Shown piece after piece: positions 38,287 through 48,329 of a stretch of DNA of 64,000 nt. Source of the DNA: an uncultured Gemmataceae bacterium (GTDB lineage: Bacteria; Planctomycetota; Planctomycetia; Gemmatales; Gemmataceae); NCBI GenBank assembly GCA_963750165.1, contig CAVVPN010000003.1, positions 2,400,001-2,464,000 on the forward strand, read 5' to 3'. The translations under genes and the position numbers were made by a program. The notes beneath the pieces were generated by a model. The model searched no databases, was not told where the DNA came from, and was given only the letters and a program-made list of their open reading frames with translations. Position 1 is the stretch's first letter. Every line of letters begins with the position of its first letter.

Positions 38287-39492
38287 ATGAACACCTCCAC
38301 GCGCTGGGCCCTGGTGCTGCTCCGCATCGCCATCGGCTGGCACTTCCTCTTCGAGGGCGTCGCCAAACTGGAGACGCACTTCACCGGCCCCACCACGTCG
38401 AAGCCGCTCTGGACCAGCGAGCCCTACCTGCGCGGCGCCACCGGTCCCTTCGCTGACACCATCCGCGCCCCGCTCGGCGACCTCGACGCCGACGCCCTCG
38501 AACGCCTCACCCTGCCCGAAACCAAACCCGGCGAGCCCGCCAAGCTGCCGCCCGCCCTCGAAAAGGAGTGGGACGCCGAGTTCCAGCGCTTCGTGGACTT
38601 CTACAAGGTCGGCACTGACAAGGCGCCGCCGCTGAAGTTCATCGTCCCCTTCACCGTGGCCGAGCCTGACAAGCTTCAGCTAGCCCTGGCGAAAGCCCTC
38701 TTCGCGCACGCCAGGCTGGAAACGCTGCACTGGCTGGAATCCGGCGTCAAGGAGGTCGATAAGCAGTTCTCGAAGGTCGAGGAAAAAGTCCCGGTCACGA
38801 CGCAGCAGCGCATCGACGCTTACAAGAAGCAGCTGCGCGACGCCCGCCGTCTGGAGAACGAGGGCAATCCCGCCTTCGGCCACAACGTCTACAAGAAAAC
38901 CCTGACCGACCTGAAGAAGGACAGCACCACGTCCCGCAAGGAACTGCTGGCGGACGAGAACCGGCCGTTCAAGGACGCCCTCAAGTACATTCAGGCCAAG
39001 GTGCTGACCGACGAGCAGCGCAAGCTCGGCACGCCGCCGGAACCGGAGCCGGGCTTCCGCTGGATCACCTGGATCGACCGCGTGACCATGTGGGGTCTGG
39101 TCATTGTCGGCGGCTGTCTGCTGCTCGGCCTGTTCACGCGCACCGCCTGCGTGCTCGGCGCCCTGTTCCTGACCATGCTCTATCTGTCGATGCCGCCCTG
39201 GCCGTGGCTGCCGCAGGACCCCAGCACCGCCCGCAGCCACTTCTTCTTTGTCAACATGAACGTCATTGAGGCGCTGGCCTTGCTGACCCTGGCGACCACC
39301 GCCAGCGGCAAGTGGCTCGGCCTCGACGGCCTGGTGCAGTTCCTCAATCCGTGGAGCTACAAAAAGCCGGCCGCCCCGAAGCAACCCGTACCCCCCACCA
39401 GCCACAACGGCGGTCCCGTCGGCCCGCGCCTGCCCGAACGGCAGCCTGTCGTGACCACCACCCCTGCACAGGAGCCTCCGCATGGCCCTTGA
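38287..39492 (+). CDS. DoxX-family membrane protein
   Basis: LRIAIGWHFLFEGVAK; GGCLLLGLFTR; LGLDG. Confidence 0.85.
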   Translation: MNTSTRWALVLLRIAIGWHFLFEGVAKLETHFTGPTTSKPLWTSEPYLRGATGPFADTIRAPLGDLDADALERLTLPETKPGEPAKLPPALEKEWDAEFQRFVDFYKVGTDKAPPLKFIVPFTVAEPDKLQLALAKALFAHARLETLHWLESGVKEVDKQFSKVEEKVPVTTQQRIDAYKKQLRDARRLENEGNPAFGHNVYKKTLTDLKKDSTTSRKELLADENRPFKDALKYIQAKVLTDEQRKLGTPPEPEPGFRWITWIDRVTMWGLVIVGGCLLLGLFTRTACVLGALFLTMLYLSMPPWPWLPQDPSTARSHFFFVNMNVIEALALLTLATTASGKWLGLDGLVQFLNPWSYKKPAAPKQPVPPTSHNGGPVGPRLPERQPVVTTTPAQEPPHGP

Positions 39493-41098
39493 CATGACCC
39501 CCGAACAACGGGAGATCGGCCAGAAGAATTTCCAGCACGTCGCCGGCAAACTCGGTGAGGCCAGCCCACCGCCTGGTCAGCAGCCCGGCCCCGGCATGAC
39601 GCGCCGCAGTTTCATGAAGGGCCTGATGGCCGCCGGCGCGGCGCTGCCTATCGGCGCCGCCGCGTACTTCGGTTATCAGCGGCTGCACGGCCGGCCCATC
39701 AAGGCGGGCCTGATCGGCTCCGGCGACGAGGGCGGCGTCCTCATCGGCGAACACAATCCCGAGTTCGTCGAGTTCGTCGCGGTCGCCGACATCCGGCCAT
39801 ACAACCAGAACCGCATCTTCGAGGGCGAGCGCGACCCCGGCCCCGGCCGCCTGTGGCGCAAGGGCTTCAACCGCATTTACGGCAGCAACGCCCGCCAGCG
39901 CATCCGCCTCTACGGCGACAACTACGAGGACCTGTTGGCCGACCCCGAGATTGAAATGGTGGTGATCGCGCTGCCGCTGCACCTGCACCAGGAGGCGGCC
40001 ATCAAGGCGATGCGCGCCGGCAAGCACGTGCTGTGCGAAAAGCTCATGGCCTGGAACATCGCGCAGTGCAAGGAAATGATCCGCGTCGCCAAGGAGACCG
40101 ACCGGCTGCTCGCAATCGGTCATCAGCGGCACTACAACCTGTTGTACGCGCAGGCGACCGAACTGCTCAACGCCGGCGTGCTCGGCGACGTGCATCACAT
40201 CCGTGCCCTGTGGCACCGCAACACGACGATGCCGGGCCGCGACGGTTGGCGGCCGCCGATCCGCGACGTGGACCGGAACGCCCTGGCGGACCTCATCCGC
40301 AGCAAGTACCACTACAAGAGCATGGAAGAGCTGGTGCGCTGGCGGCTGTTCCAGCGCACCGGCGGCGGTCTGATGGCGGAACTGGGCAGCCATCAACTCG
40401 ACGCTTGCAGCATCTTCCTGAACAAGAAGCACCCGCTGGCGGTCAGTGGCGTCGGCGGCAAGTTCTTCTACCACGACGACACCGACGACCGCGAGGTCGA
40501 GGATCACGTCTTTTGCAGCTTCGAGTTCCCGGGCAAGCACTACGACCCGACCAAACCGCGGCGCAACGCCCAGGGCCGGGCCAAACACAGTGACATCGTG
40601 GTGGTGAATTACTCGTCGATCAGCACGAACGATTTCGAGAAGTACGGCGAGTGCGTGATGGGGCCGCGCGGCACGCTGGTGGTGGAGCAGGAGGCGACGG
40701 CGATGCTGTGGCCGGCGGCGGGCCGCTCGACGCTGGCGACGGTGACGGTCACGCCCGCGGGCCAGGCGCCGGCGGAAACGTCCTCGACCTGGGGAGCGAC
40801 CGAAACGGCGACGCAGCAGCGCGGCCAGCAGTCGCTGGGCGGCGGCGTGCCGAGCCGCGGCTATCGCGAGGAGATGGAGCATCTGGCGTACTGCATCCGC
40901 ATGCGCGACGAGGGCATGGCCCGCGACCGCGACGACCTGCAACCGCGCTGCCCCGGCAAGGCGGCCATGGCCGACGCCATCATCGCGCTGACCTCGAACA
41001 AGGCGATGCGATTGCAGCAGCGCATCGAGTTCAAGGAAGAATGGTTCGACCCCGATTCGCGCGAGGTGCCGGACGATTTGCCGGTGGAGCAGGTGTAG
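39482..41098 (+). CDS. Tat-exported Gfo/Idh/MocA oxidoreductase
   Basis: TRRSFMK, GLIGSGDEG, HVLCEKLMA, GGGLMAELGSHQLD. Confidence 0.92.
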   Translation: MALDMTPEQREIGQKNFQHVAGKLGEASPPPGQQPGPGMTRRSFMKGLMAAGAALPIGAAAYFGYQRLHGRPIKAGLIGSGDEGGVLIGEHNPEFVEFVAVADIRPYNQNRIFEGERDPGPGRLWRKGFNRIYGSNARQRIRLYGDNYEDLLADPEIEMVVIALPLHLHQEAAIKAMRAGKHVLCEKLMAWNIAQCKEMIRVAKETDRLLAIGHQRHYNLLYAQATELLNAGVLGDVHHIRALWHRNTTMPGRDGWRPPIRDVDRNALADLIRSKYHYKSMEELVRWRLFQRTGGGLMAELGSHQLDACSIFLNKKHPLAVSGVGGKFFYHDDTDDREVEDHVFCSFEFPGKHYDPTKPRRNAQGRAKHSDIVVVNYSSISTNDFEKYGECVMGPRGTLVVEQEATAMLWPAAGRSTLATVTVTPAGQAPAETSSTWGATETATQQRGQQSLGGGVPSRGYREEMEHLAYCIRMRDEGMARDRDDLQPRCPGKAAMADAIIALTSNKAMRLQQRIEFKEEWFDPDSREVPDDLPVEQV

Positions 41099-41103
41099 TG
41101 GGT

Positions 41104-41203
41104 TTTCTGCCGCTTGCGGCTTAGCGCGCTTCACCCTCCCGGCGCCAACAGAAATTGTTAGCGCCGGGAGGGTGAAGCGCGCTAAGCCGCAAGCGGCGGA
41201 AAG
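41104..41203. repeat. Long REP-like palindrome
   Basis: gccgcttgcggcttagcgcgcttcaccctcccggcgc and its reverse complement. Confidence 0.85.
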
Positions 41204-41241
41204 ATGGGTTTCACCTTCGTGAGGTCTTTTTCGCGTTTTCC

Positions 41242-42351
41242 ATGGCCGACATCGTGTCACTACCGCCGCCCGATCACCTCGACCGCCTGCCCGTCCGTCA
41301 TCAGCGCCTGCGCTTCCACGACCTGGAACTGGCGAGCCGCTTCCTGCTGTCGCCGCTGGCCGGCTACACGAACCTGCCGTTCCGCCTGGCCGTGCGCGAA
41401 CTCGGCGGCCTCGGCCTGGCGACCAGCGACCTCGTCAACGCCCGCGCCCTCTTGCAGTTCAGCCGCAAGACGATGGAACTGATCGCTACCTGCCCGGCCG
41501 ACCGGCCCCTCGCCATGCAGATTTACGGCGCCGACGTGGACGACCTGCGCGCCGCGGCGCAATGGCTGGAGCAGCACCACGGCGTCTCGTCCATCGACAT
41601 CAACATGGGCTGTCCCGTCCACAAGGTCACGCGCGGCGGCGGCGGCTCGGCGCTGATGTGCGAGCCCGGCAAGACGGTGGACCTGGTGCGCGGCGTCGTC
41701 GAGGCGGTCAGGATTCCGGTGACGGTCAAGATGCGGCTGGGCTGGGACGAGCAGACGCTGAGCGCTCCGTACTTCGCTCGCAAGTTCGAGGAGGCGGGCG
41801 TCGCCGCGGTCATCATCCACGGCCGCACCCGCGCCCAGGGCTTCAGCGGCAGCGTCAACCTCGACGGCATCCGCGCCGTCGTGGAGGCGGTCCAGAACAT
41901 TCCGGTGATCGGCAACGGCGATGTGCGCAACATCGCGGAGGCGCACCGCATGCTCACCGTGACCGGCTGTGCGGGCATCGCCATCGGCCGTGGGGCACTG
42001 CTGAACCCGTGGATTTTCGCCCAGCTGACGCACTGGGAGGAGACGGGCGGTTGGCTGGAGCCGCCGGGTTATGAGCGCCGACTGACGTTCATGGACCGGC
42101 ACTTTCACCTGCTGGTCGGCCAGCGCGGCGAGCGCTTCGCGTGCCTGACGTTTCGCAAGGTGGCCAACTGGTATTGCCGTGTGCTGCGGCCGGGGCGGGA
42201 AGTGCAACAAACGTTGATTCGGTTGGAGTCCGTGGCGGAGTTCGACGCCATTGTGGCGATGCTGCGCGAGCGCGGCGAGCCGCCGCACTGGCACCGCCAC
42301 ACGGGCGAGCTGAGCATCGCCGTGCCGGGCGGGCCGGTCGAGCGCTGGTGA
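41242..42351 (+). CDS. dusB: tRNA-dihydrouridine synthase
   Basis: LSPLAGYT, DINMGCP, PVTVKMRLGW, IHGRTR, VIGNGDV, GRGALLNPWIF. Confidence 0.92.
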   Translation: MADIVSLPPPDHLDRLPVRHQRLRFHDLELASRFLLSPLAGYTNLPFRLAVRELGGLGLATSDLVNARALLQFSRKTMELIATCPADRPLAMQIYGADVDDLRAAAQWLEQHHGVSSIDINMGCPVHKVTRGGGGSALMCEPGKTVDLVRGVVEAVRIPVTVKMRLGWDEQTLSAPYFARKFEEAGVAAVIIHGRTRAQGFSGSVNLDGIRAVVEAVQNIPVIGNGDVRNIAEAHRMLTVTGCAGIAIGRGALLNPWIFAQLTHWEETGGWLEPPGYERRLTFMDRHFHLLVGQRGERFACLTFRKVANWYCRVLRPGREVQQTLIRLESVAEFDAIVAMLRERGEPPHWHRHTGELSIAVPGGPVERW

Positions 42352-42593
42352 CGGCCCGCGCCTCATCACGCCGATTTCCACTCTCAGACGGCGTGAAAAG
42401 TTCTTCATTATCTTGACTATTTCAGTCGGCCTGATTGCTCTCTCAGGAGTTTTCCCTGGAGCGGTGCGTGCAGCAGATCCGGCGAACCGAGCTGACCCCG
42501 CCGGGTCTCGCTCGGTTCGTAGTTTCTCCCCTAGCGTGAACCCGCCGCGCAACCGTGTGTGCAAAAATAGTCAAGAAGGTGTGAAATTAAAAC

Positions 42594-42621
42594 TTGACTT
42601 CAAAGATTTGCCAGGTACTAT
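42594..42621 (+). promoter_or_regulatory. Candidate sigma70 promoter of the PEP-CTERM gene
   Basis: TTGACT-N16-TACTAT in an AT-rich patch; tctactctatt occurs twice just downstream. Confidence 0.45.
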
Positions 42622-42931
42622 CTACTCTATTCCTGCGGTGCCCGTCCGGAGGATCTCTACTCTATTTAACACCAACAACCAGTCCTTTTAGCGGCGCAAT
42701 CCGACGGTCGCTATCACTTCGCGGTGCGGAGACGATCGTCTGACGCGCGGTTCGCTACCCCTTTTGTCACTCTGAACTGTTTGCCGCCGAGGCGACCGCG
42801 CTGATGGTCCGCGCGGCGGCGACCCCGACCTGAACCCTTGCAGAATAGTCTCTTTTCCGCGCGGCAGCGGCGGCGCGGCCAATGTGTGCGTTTTGACTTA
42901 GCATTCCTTTCCCACAATCGAGGTAGGTTCC

Positions 42932-44008
42932 ATGTTCCAATTGCGGCGAATGTCCGCGGCGCTGGCGGTGGCGATCACCCTGGCGACCGCCACGGCTAGC
43001 CAGGCCGACATGTTTCAAGGCACGTTGTATTACACCCACTACACCGGGAGCGGCCCGAACGTTTTGGGCATCTCGTTCACCTACAACAGCACTACCCAGT
43101 CCCTCAGCTACGGCACCCAACAGGGCCTTTCCACGGTGAACGGCGCCGACGGCATCATGTTCGCGCCGAACGGGAATCTGCTCGTGACCAGCAACACCGT
43201 GGCCAACGTTTACCGGATCGACGCGACTTCCGGGAAAGTGCTGCAAACGGTTAGCACCAGTGGCGCCTCCGATTATCACATGGCGCTGGACCCGAGCGGC
43301 ACCATGTTCTACTCCAGCGACCGTTACTCCCGCACGACCGGCCCGCTGGACACGTTCGGGATCAACAGCAACGGCACGATTACCAACGCCACGACGACGA
43401 ACATCACCCCAACCAAGGGCAACGACACGAACGTGACCCAGCTCGCGTTCGCGCCGAACGGCAAGGTGTTCTACACCGACGGCACGCCCGACGCCAACGG
43501 AGCCGTCGGTCTGTTCACCTTCGGCTCGCCGAACGATACGACGGACCAGCTGTTCGCCGCGAACACGATCACGGCCGCCCACGGCATCGTGTATGACCCG
43601 TTCACCGGCTTGATGACGATGTTCGGCGGCGGCGGCGTGGCCACTTTGGACCCCAATGCCGGCAGCGACGCGGCCATCCAGGCCAGTCTGAAGCAGCGTA
43701 ACGGCATCAACTCCGATTTCGACCAAGGCTCGGTGGACGGCTACGGTCACGCCTTCATCGCCGGCAACGGCGAGATCACGTTCATCGACTACAGCCAGAC
43801 CCACGACATCACCAGCGCGGCGAACAAGGTCATCATCATGTCCACGGACGGCCACGGCAACAGCTTCAGCGGCATCGACGACGTGGCCCCGCTCGTCGGC
43901 CTGGGTTCGCAGGCCGTCCCCGAACCGGCCAGCCTGACGATCCTCGGCATCAGCGCCGCGGGCCTGGCCGGCTACGCCTGGAAGCGACGCAAGCAGGCCA
44001 GAGCTTAA
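42932..44008 (+). CDS. PEP-CTERM sorting-domain beta-propeller-like protein
   Basis: Signal peptide; FAPNG repeats; VPEPASLTILG-TM-WKRRK tail. Confidence 0.92.
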   Translation: MFQLRRMSAALAVAITLATATASQADMFQGTLYYTHYTGSGPNVLGISFTYNSTTQSLSYGTQQGLSTVNGADGIMFAPNGNLLVTSNTVANVYRIDATSGKVLQTVSTSGASDYHMALDPSGTMFYSSDRYSRTTGPLDTFGINSNGTITNATTTNITPTKGNDTNVTQLAFAPNGKVFYTDGTPDANGAVGLFTFGSPNDTTDQLFAANTITAAHGIVYDPFTGLMTMFGGGGVATLDPNAGSDAAIQASLKQRNGINSDFDQGSVDGYGHAFIAGNGEITFIDYSQTHDITSAANKVIIMSTDGHGNSFSGIDDVAPLVGLGSQAVPEPASLTILGISAAGLAGYAWKRRKQARA

Positions 44009-44030
44009 TTGCCCCCGGCGGTTGACAACA

Positions 44031-44080
44031 CCGGAACGCGAACGGGCCGGAGACCACGTCTCCGGCCCGTTCGCGTTCCG
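44031..44080. terminator. Palindrome between convergent genes
   Basis: ccggaacgcgaacgggccggagac / gtctccggcccgttcgcgttccgg. Confidence 0.6.
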
Positions 44081-44264
44081 GCAGGGCCCGCGCAGCGGTG
44101 CCGTCGGTGTTCCCAGGCCGGTAGCGGTGAACCCCCACTTCGTCCGGACGCCCTCATACGGAATCGCCATTCTGGTTCGTGGCCCTGCCCTCACCAACCC
44201 GACACCTGAGCGCGCTGGCGCCAACAATTTCTTGCAGCCGGTCGAGCGCTGTTAAATCCCCCCT

Positions 44265-44342
44265 CACGAAACCACGAAAGTACGAAACCACGAAAAAGAC
44301 ATTTGATTTGTCTTTTTCATGGTTTCGTACTTTCGTGGTTTC
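44265..44342. repeat. Inverted array of octamers (ccacgaaa/gtacgaaa)
   Basis: cacgaaaccacgaaagtacgaaaccacgaaa mirrored by ttcatggtttcgtactttcgtggtttc. Confidence 0.75.
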
Positions 44343-44353
44343 CTGACGGGCAT

Positions 44354-45010
44354 TTATTTCGTCGCCTCTGCCACCTGCGCTTGCTCGGCCGTGGTCGCGG
44401 GTTGCGGCGGCTGTTCGTGGTTCAGGTAGAACGCCTGCAACAGCAGCAAGCCGGCGCCGCACACCAGGCAGCAATCGGCCAGGTTGAAGACCGGGAAGTT
44501 GAACAGGTAGTTGTAGTGCAGGAAGTCGCGGACGCCGCTGAAGATGACGCGGTCGTAGAGGTTGCCGAGCGTGCCGCCCAGGATCAGGCCCAGCGCCGTC
44601 GAGAGATACCAGTCCTTGCACGCCTGCGCGCGCAGACTCCAGCCGACGATGGCCACTGCCGCGACGACGCTGATGACCGCGAAGAACGAGTTGAAGTCGC
44701 TGCCCGGTTCGCCCGCCTCATTGCGACTGCCCAGGCCCCACAGGGCCCCGTGGTTGACGTGCGGCAGCCGGTCGCCGCTCACCGTCCGCAGCTGAGCCAG
44801 CAGGTCGTCTCCCGTCCCGGGCTCGCGCGTGAACCAGGCGTCCAGGTAGAACACGCCGTCGATGAGCGGGTAACTCTTGCCCATGCTCTCGGGGCTGTCC
44901 GGGTACAGGTTGGCAAACACCTGGTACTTGCTGTACTGATCGACGCAGAGGCCCAGCAGAGCCAGGCCCCAGAACAGCCAGCGGTACGAGCGGGTCGTCT
45001 GCGTGGTCAT
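44354..45010 (-). CDS. lspA: Lipoprotein signal peptidase II
   Basis: DQYSK, NHGALWG, GGTLGNLYDR, VRDFL, FPVFNLAD. Confidence 0.95.
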   Translation of the reverse strand: MTTQTTRSYRWLFWGLALLGLCVDQYSKYQVFANLYPDSPESMGKSYPLIDGVFYLDAWFTREPGTGDDLLAQLRTVSGDRLPHVNHGALWGLGSRNEAGEPGSDFNSFFAVISVVAAVAIVGWSLRAQACKDWYLSTALGLILGGTLGNLYDRVIFSGVRDFLHYNYLFNFPVFNLADCCLVCGAGLLLLQAFYLNHEQPPQPATTAEQAQVAEATK

Positions 45011-45290
45011 AAGAGTCGGCAGTCCCGTAGAGAGCGCGCGGCGCTCCGCGCGGTGACCGAGGAGATTCTGGTGGGTGCGGCACCCGACGGCCTCGCTACC
45101 GTCGTCGGTAGTTCACGATAGCCCACGCCGCGCGGGCCGTCAAGCACACCCAGCGGCCGGTCTATACCAGGGAGCGGGCGCGACCGCAAGGCGGATTTGC
45201 CGGTCGATAAGCGTCGGAGCCCGAGCCCCAGCGAGGTGGCAGCGCTGCCCCGCGCTGGCGCTCGGGCTCCGACGGTCGAACGCCCCTGCA

Positions 45291-45962
45291 TCAGTCCTTG
45301 TCGAGCACCTCCGGCGTCAGGCCAACGACGATGTCGAAGTGCGCCGCCACCGCGCCGGTCTTCGAGCCCTTGATCGGCGTGAAGTCCACGAGGATCGCGT
45401 CACGCACCTTCTTGTCCTTGATGGCCATGAGGATGTCGTCCTTTGCGTTTCGCGGCTCGCCCTTGATGTAAATCTGCGTCGTCAGCAGCCGCTTGCCGTC
45501 CTTCAGCACGATGAAGTGGATGTGCGGCGTGCGGCCGGGATAGGGCACCGGCTTGAGGGTGCGGAAGTAGTAGTCGCCGTTCAGGCCCGTCCGGCAGCGG
45601 CCGAAGCCCTGGAAGTTCCTGTCGTAGCTGGCGCGGTTGTGGCTGTCGGAGTGCAGGTAAATGCCGTTGCTGTCCACCTGCCAGATTTCCACGACGGCGC
45701 CCGGCACCGGTTTGCCGCTGACGTTCAGCACCTTGCCGTACAGGTGCGTGACGGTGCCTCTGGCGGCCGTCTTGGAGTTGTTGACGATCACCAGGTCGTT
45801 GTCCGTGTCGGCCGGCAGCCGGTCGGGGTAGAAGGGGCCCTCCATCTGGGAAGGGGTCTTGCCCAGCGGCTTGCCGCCGACGCCGCCCTGCTGCGCAGCG
45901 GCGTCCAGGGCCAGAAGGGCCGCCACCGCCAGCGCCGCCACGCTCGTCATCCTGTACTTCAT
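45291..45962 (-). CDS. Secreted intradiol ring-cleavage dioxygenase-like protein
   Basis: EGPFYP, EIWQVDSNGIY, FQGFG, YPGRTPHIHF; signal peptide. Confidence 0.88.
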   Translation of the reverse strand: MKYRMTSVAALAVAALLALDAAAQQGGVGGKPLGKTPSQMEGPFYPDRLPADTDNDLVIVNNSKTAARGTVTHLYGKVLNVSGKPVPGAVVEIWQVDSNGIYLHSDSHNRASYDRNFQGFGRCRTGLNGDYYFRTLKPVPYPGRTPHIHFIVLKDGKRLLTTQIYIKGEPRNAKDDILMAIKDKKVRDAILVDFTPIKGSKTGAVAAHFDIVVGLTPEVLDKD

Positions 45963-46072
45963 GTGGACCTCGGAGTTGCCTCGCCTGAACTGAGAGGGGT
46001 TTGGGCAAGCATATCCTGGCAACCCCGGCGCGCAAGGTCAAGCCTTCTCACGCATTTCTCACGTCCCGAGGG

Positions 46073-46465
46073 TCACTTCGCCAGCAGATCGACCAGCGAG
46101 CGCAACTGCTCCGGCCCGACCCGGCCGACCAGGCCCTTGATCGTCTCGATGTCCTTCAAACTGATGCCGCCAGCCGGCGGGGTCGCCGCTTTCGGGGCCG
46201 CGGGCTTCGCGGTGGGTTTGGCGGCCGGCTTGCCCTGAGTCCTGGCCTTGCCCCCGCCCGGCTCCTGGCGGAGGATCTTGCCCTTGTAATTGGAAACGAG
46301 GTCGGTGGTCATGTCGATGTTGAACTCTGTCTTGACGAATCTCTGGATGTCCAGGGGCCTGGCGTCGTTGCCGAGTTTGGCCAGCGCCTGCTTGACGGCC
46401 TCCCATTTATTCATTCCGGACTGTGGGTCAGGGGTTGCCGACGTGGAAGGGGGCTTGTCCGCCAT
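46073..46465 (-). CDS. Small basic hypothetical protein (HTH-like)
   Basis: NKWEAVKQAL..LG...P.DIQ.FVK..F.I.M....VSNYK; ISLKDIETIKGLV..VG...L..LVDLL. Confidence 0.65.
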   Translation of the reverse strand: MADKPPSTSATPDPQSGMNKWEAVKQALAKLGNDARPLDIQRFVKTEFNIDMTTDLVSNYKGKILRQEPGGGKARTQGKPAAKPTAKPAAPKAATPPAGGISLKDIETIKGLVGRVGPEQLRSLVDLLAK

Positions 46466-46712
46466 GATGCTCTCCGGGTTCGGGTGAAGGACACAACTTC
46501 CACTATAATCGCTCCAGATTGCCCCTCTGGCCATACCATTTCGGGACACTGCGGCGGCCAACCCATCCCGCATTGGCCCTGTCTTCGGCACCAACGGTCT
46601 AACCGGCCCTGCCGCGGTGAACCTGGCGCGCCGGCTGCGTGTTTTCCCCCTGTCTACCGATAGGTTTCCTGCGTCGAGGCGTTCAACCAAGGCGCAGCCG
46701 TCACGCTGGTCG

Positions 46713-47126
46713 TTAGCGGATGATGTAGGGGACGGCGTACGACGGCACGTTGCTGGGGGTGTACAGCCCCTGGCCATAGTACGGGGCGGCGTAGTCCGAC
46801 AGGCCGTGGCCGTAATTGCTGAACAGGCCCTGACGGGGGTAGGGCAAGGCGAAGCCCGACAGGTCGGCGCCGGACGCGGTGCCCGCACCGTAGACGGGGA
46901 TGAGGGAGGCGGGGTAGTGGCGGTAGCGGCTCGGGTAGCCGCTGGGGGGGGCGGCGAAGTGGGTGAAGTACGGGGTCGTGTAGTCGGCGTAGAAGTCGTA
47001 GCTGGGCGGGTAGGCGAACGCCGGGCGTGCGCCGCGCGGCAGCTGGGCCGACGCCGGGGCCGCGCAGGCGGCGAACGCGATGAGGCCGGCCATCAGGCCG
47101 GCCGCCAGGATGGATTTGCTGCGCAT
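46713..47126 (-). CDS. Secreted Tyr/Pro/Gly-rich hypothetical protein
   Basis: GAGG RBS, signal peptide MRSKSILAAGLMAG... Confidence 0.65.
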   Translation of the reverse strand: MRSKSILAAGLMAGLIAFAACAAPASAQLPRGARPAFAYPPSYDFYADYTTPYFTHFAAPPSGYPSRYRHYPASLIPVYGAGTASGADLSGFALPYPRQGLFSNYGHGLSDYAAPYYGQGLYTPSNVPSYAVPYIIR

Positions 47127-48329
47127 GACGGATTCCTCGCTTTCCCTTGTGTATCGGCCGTTTGCCACTGCGGGCTGCGGAGAATCGGGAAGCAAAATGT
47201 GTGCCGTTCGCGGCGGATTGTCCCTTTTGCTGGGCCGCTTCGCGCTGGCCATGTTGAGAGGGCGGCAGCTTTGCCTTGCACGGCCGGCCCATCGGCCGGT
47301 TCAGCAAGCTGGCGACGACTCTCCCCACGGATCGGCGGATTGGCGCCAACGCAGGCGGAACTGGGCCGAAGGTTTTCCCACGGCTTTCATTGCCGCGCGC
47401 GGGGTTCCATGTCTGTCACCGGACACTTCCGCAACCCGGGTTACGCCGGCACCGGCACCGGCCGCGGCAGCCTGCGCCCGGCGGCGACCGCCGGCCGTCC
47501 CGCTACCAGTTGTTCCAGCGCATCGACGAACCGAACGGCCCGAAGCAGGTGTTCCTGCGGCGGGTCTTCAGCGGCAAGCGCCATCCGGTGGCGGGGACGA
47601 AGGCCGTGTTTTTCTGCTTCAACCTGCCGGCCCCGGACCGCGGCGCCGAGCCGGGGCCAGGGGGTGAACTACCCTGGACCGAGGAAGCCGGCCGCTGCGC
47701 GAGGTATCTGTTCGAAAAGACACCACCAGGGCTGTTTTTTCACTTGCATTCTCTCCGTCAGCCGTCATGCTTATGGTTCGATGTGAGATGTTCTGTTTGA
47801 GGACGGCAGCGCGGACGCTGTTGCGGCTGGTTCGCCCCTACCCTCCCCGGTTGGCGAACCCTTTTTATACGACTCGAATTGCCCGGCCGGGCGCCGTTTC
47901 CCCGGGTGTGAAGGAGATCGCATTGATGGGAAGGTTCACACGGCGTTCGCACGGGAGCAAGCTCGCCCACCGGACGCGCGGCCGACGGCTCCTCGTCGAG
48001 CAACTGGAGGACCGACTGACGCTCTCCGTCACCTGGACGGGGAACGCCGGCACGTTCAACTGGACCGACGCGAACAACTGGTCCAGCCACGCGGTGCCCG
48101 GCTCCACGGACGACGTGATGATCAACGTTGCCGTCTCAAGCCCCATCTCGATCAGTTCCGGGCGCAGGCCATCAACTCATTGACGGACACCACCGCCGCC
48201 CTCGACCTGTCCGGCGGTTCGCTGTCCATCGCGGCCAGTTCCGCGGTGAGCCAGAACTTCACGCTGTCGGGCGGGACGCTGACCCCCAGCGGCGGCCTGA
48301 CCGTGAGCGGTCCACCTTCAACTTCAACG

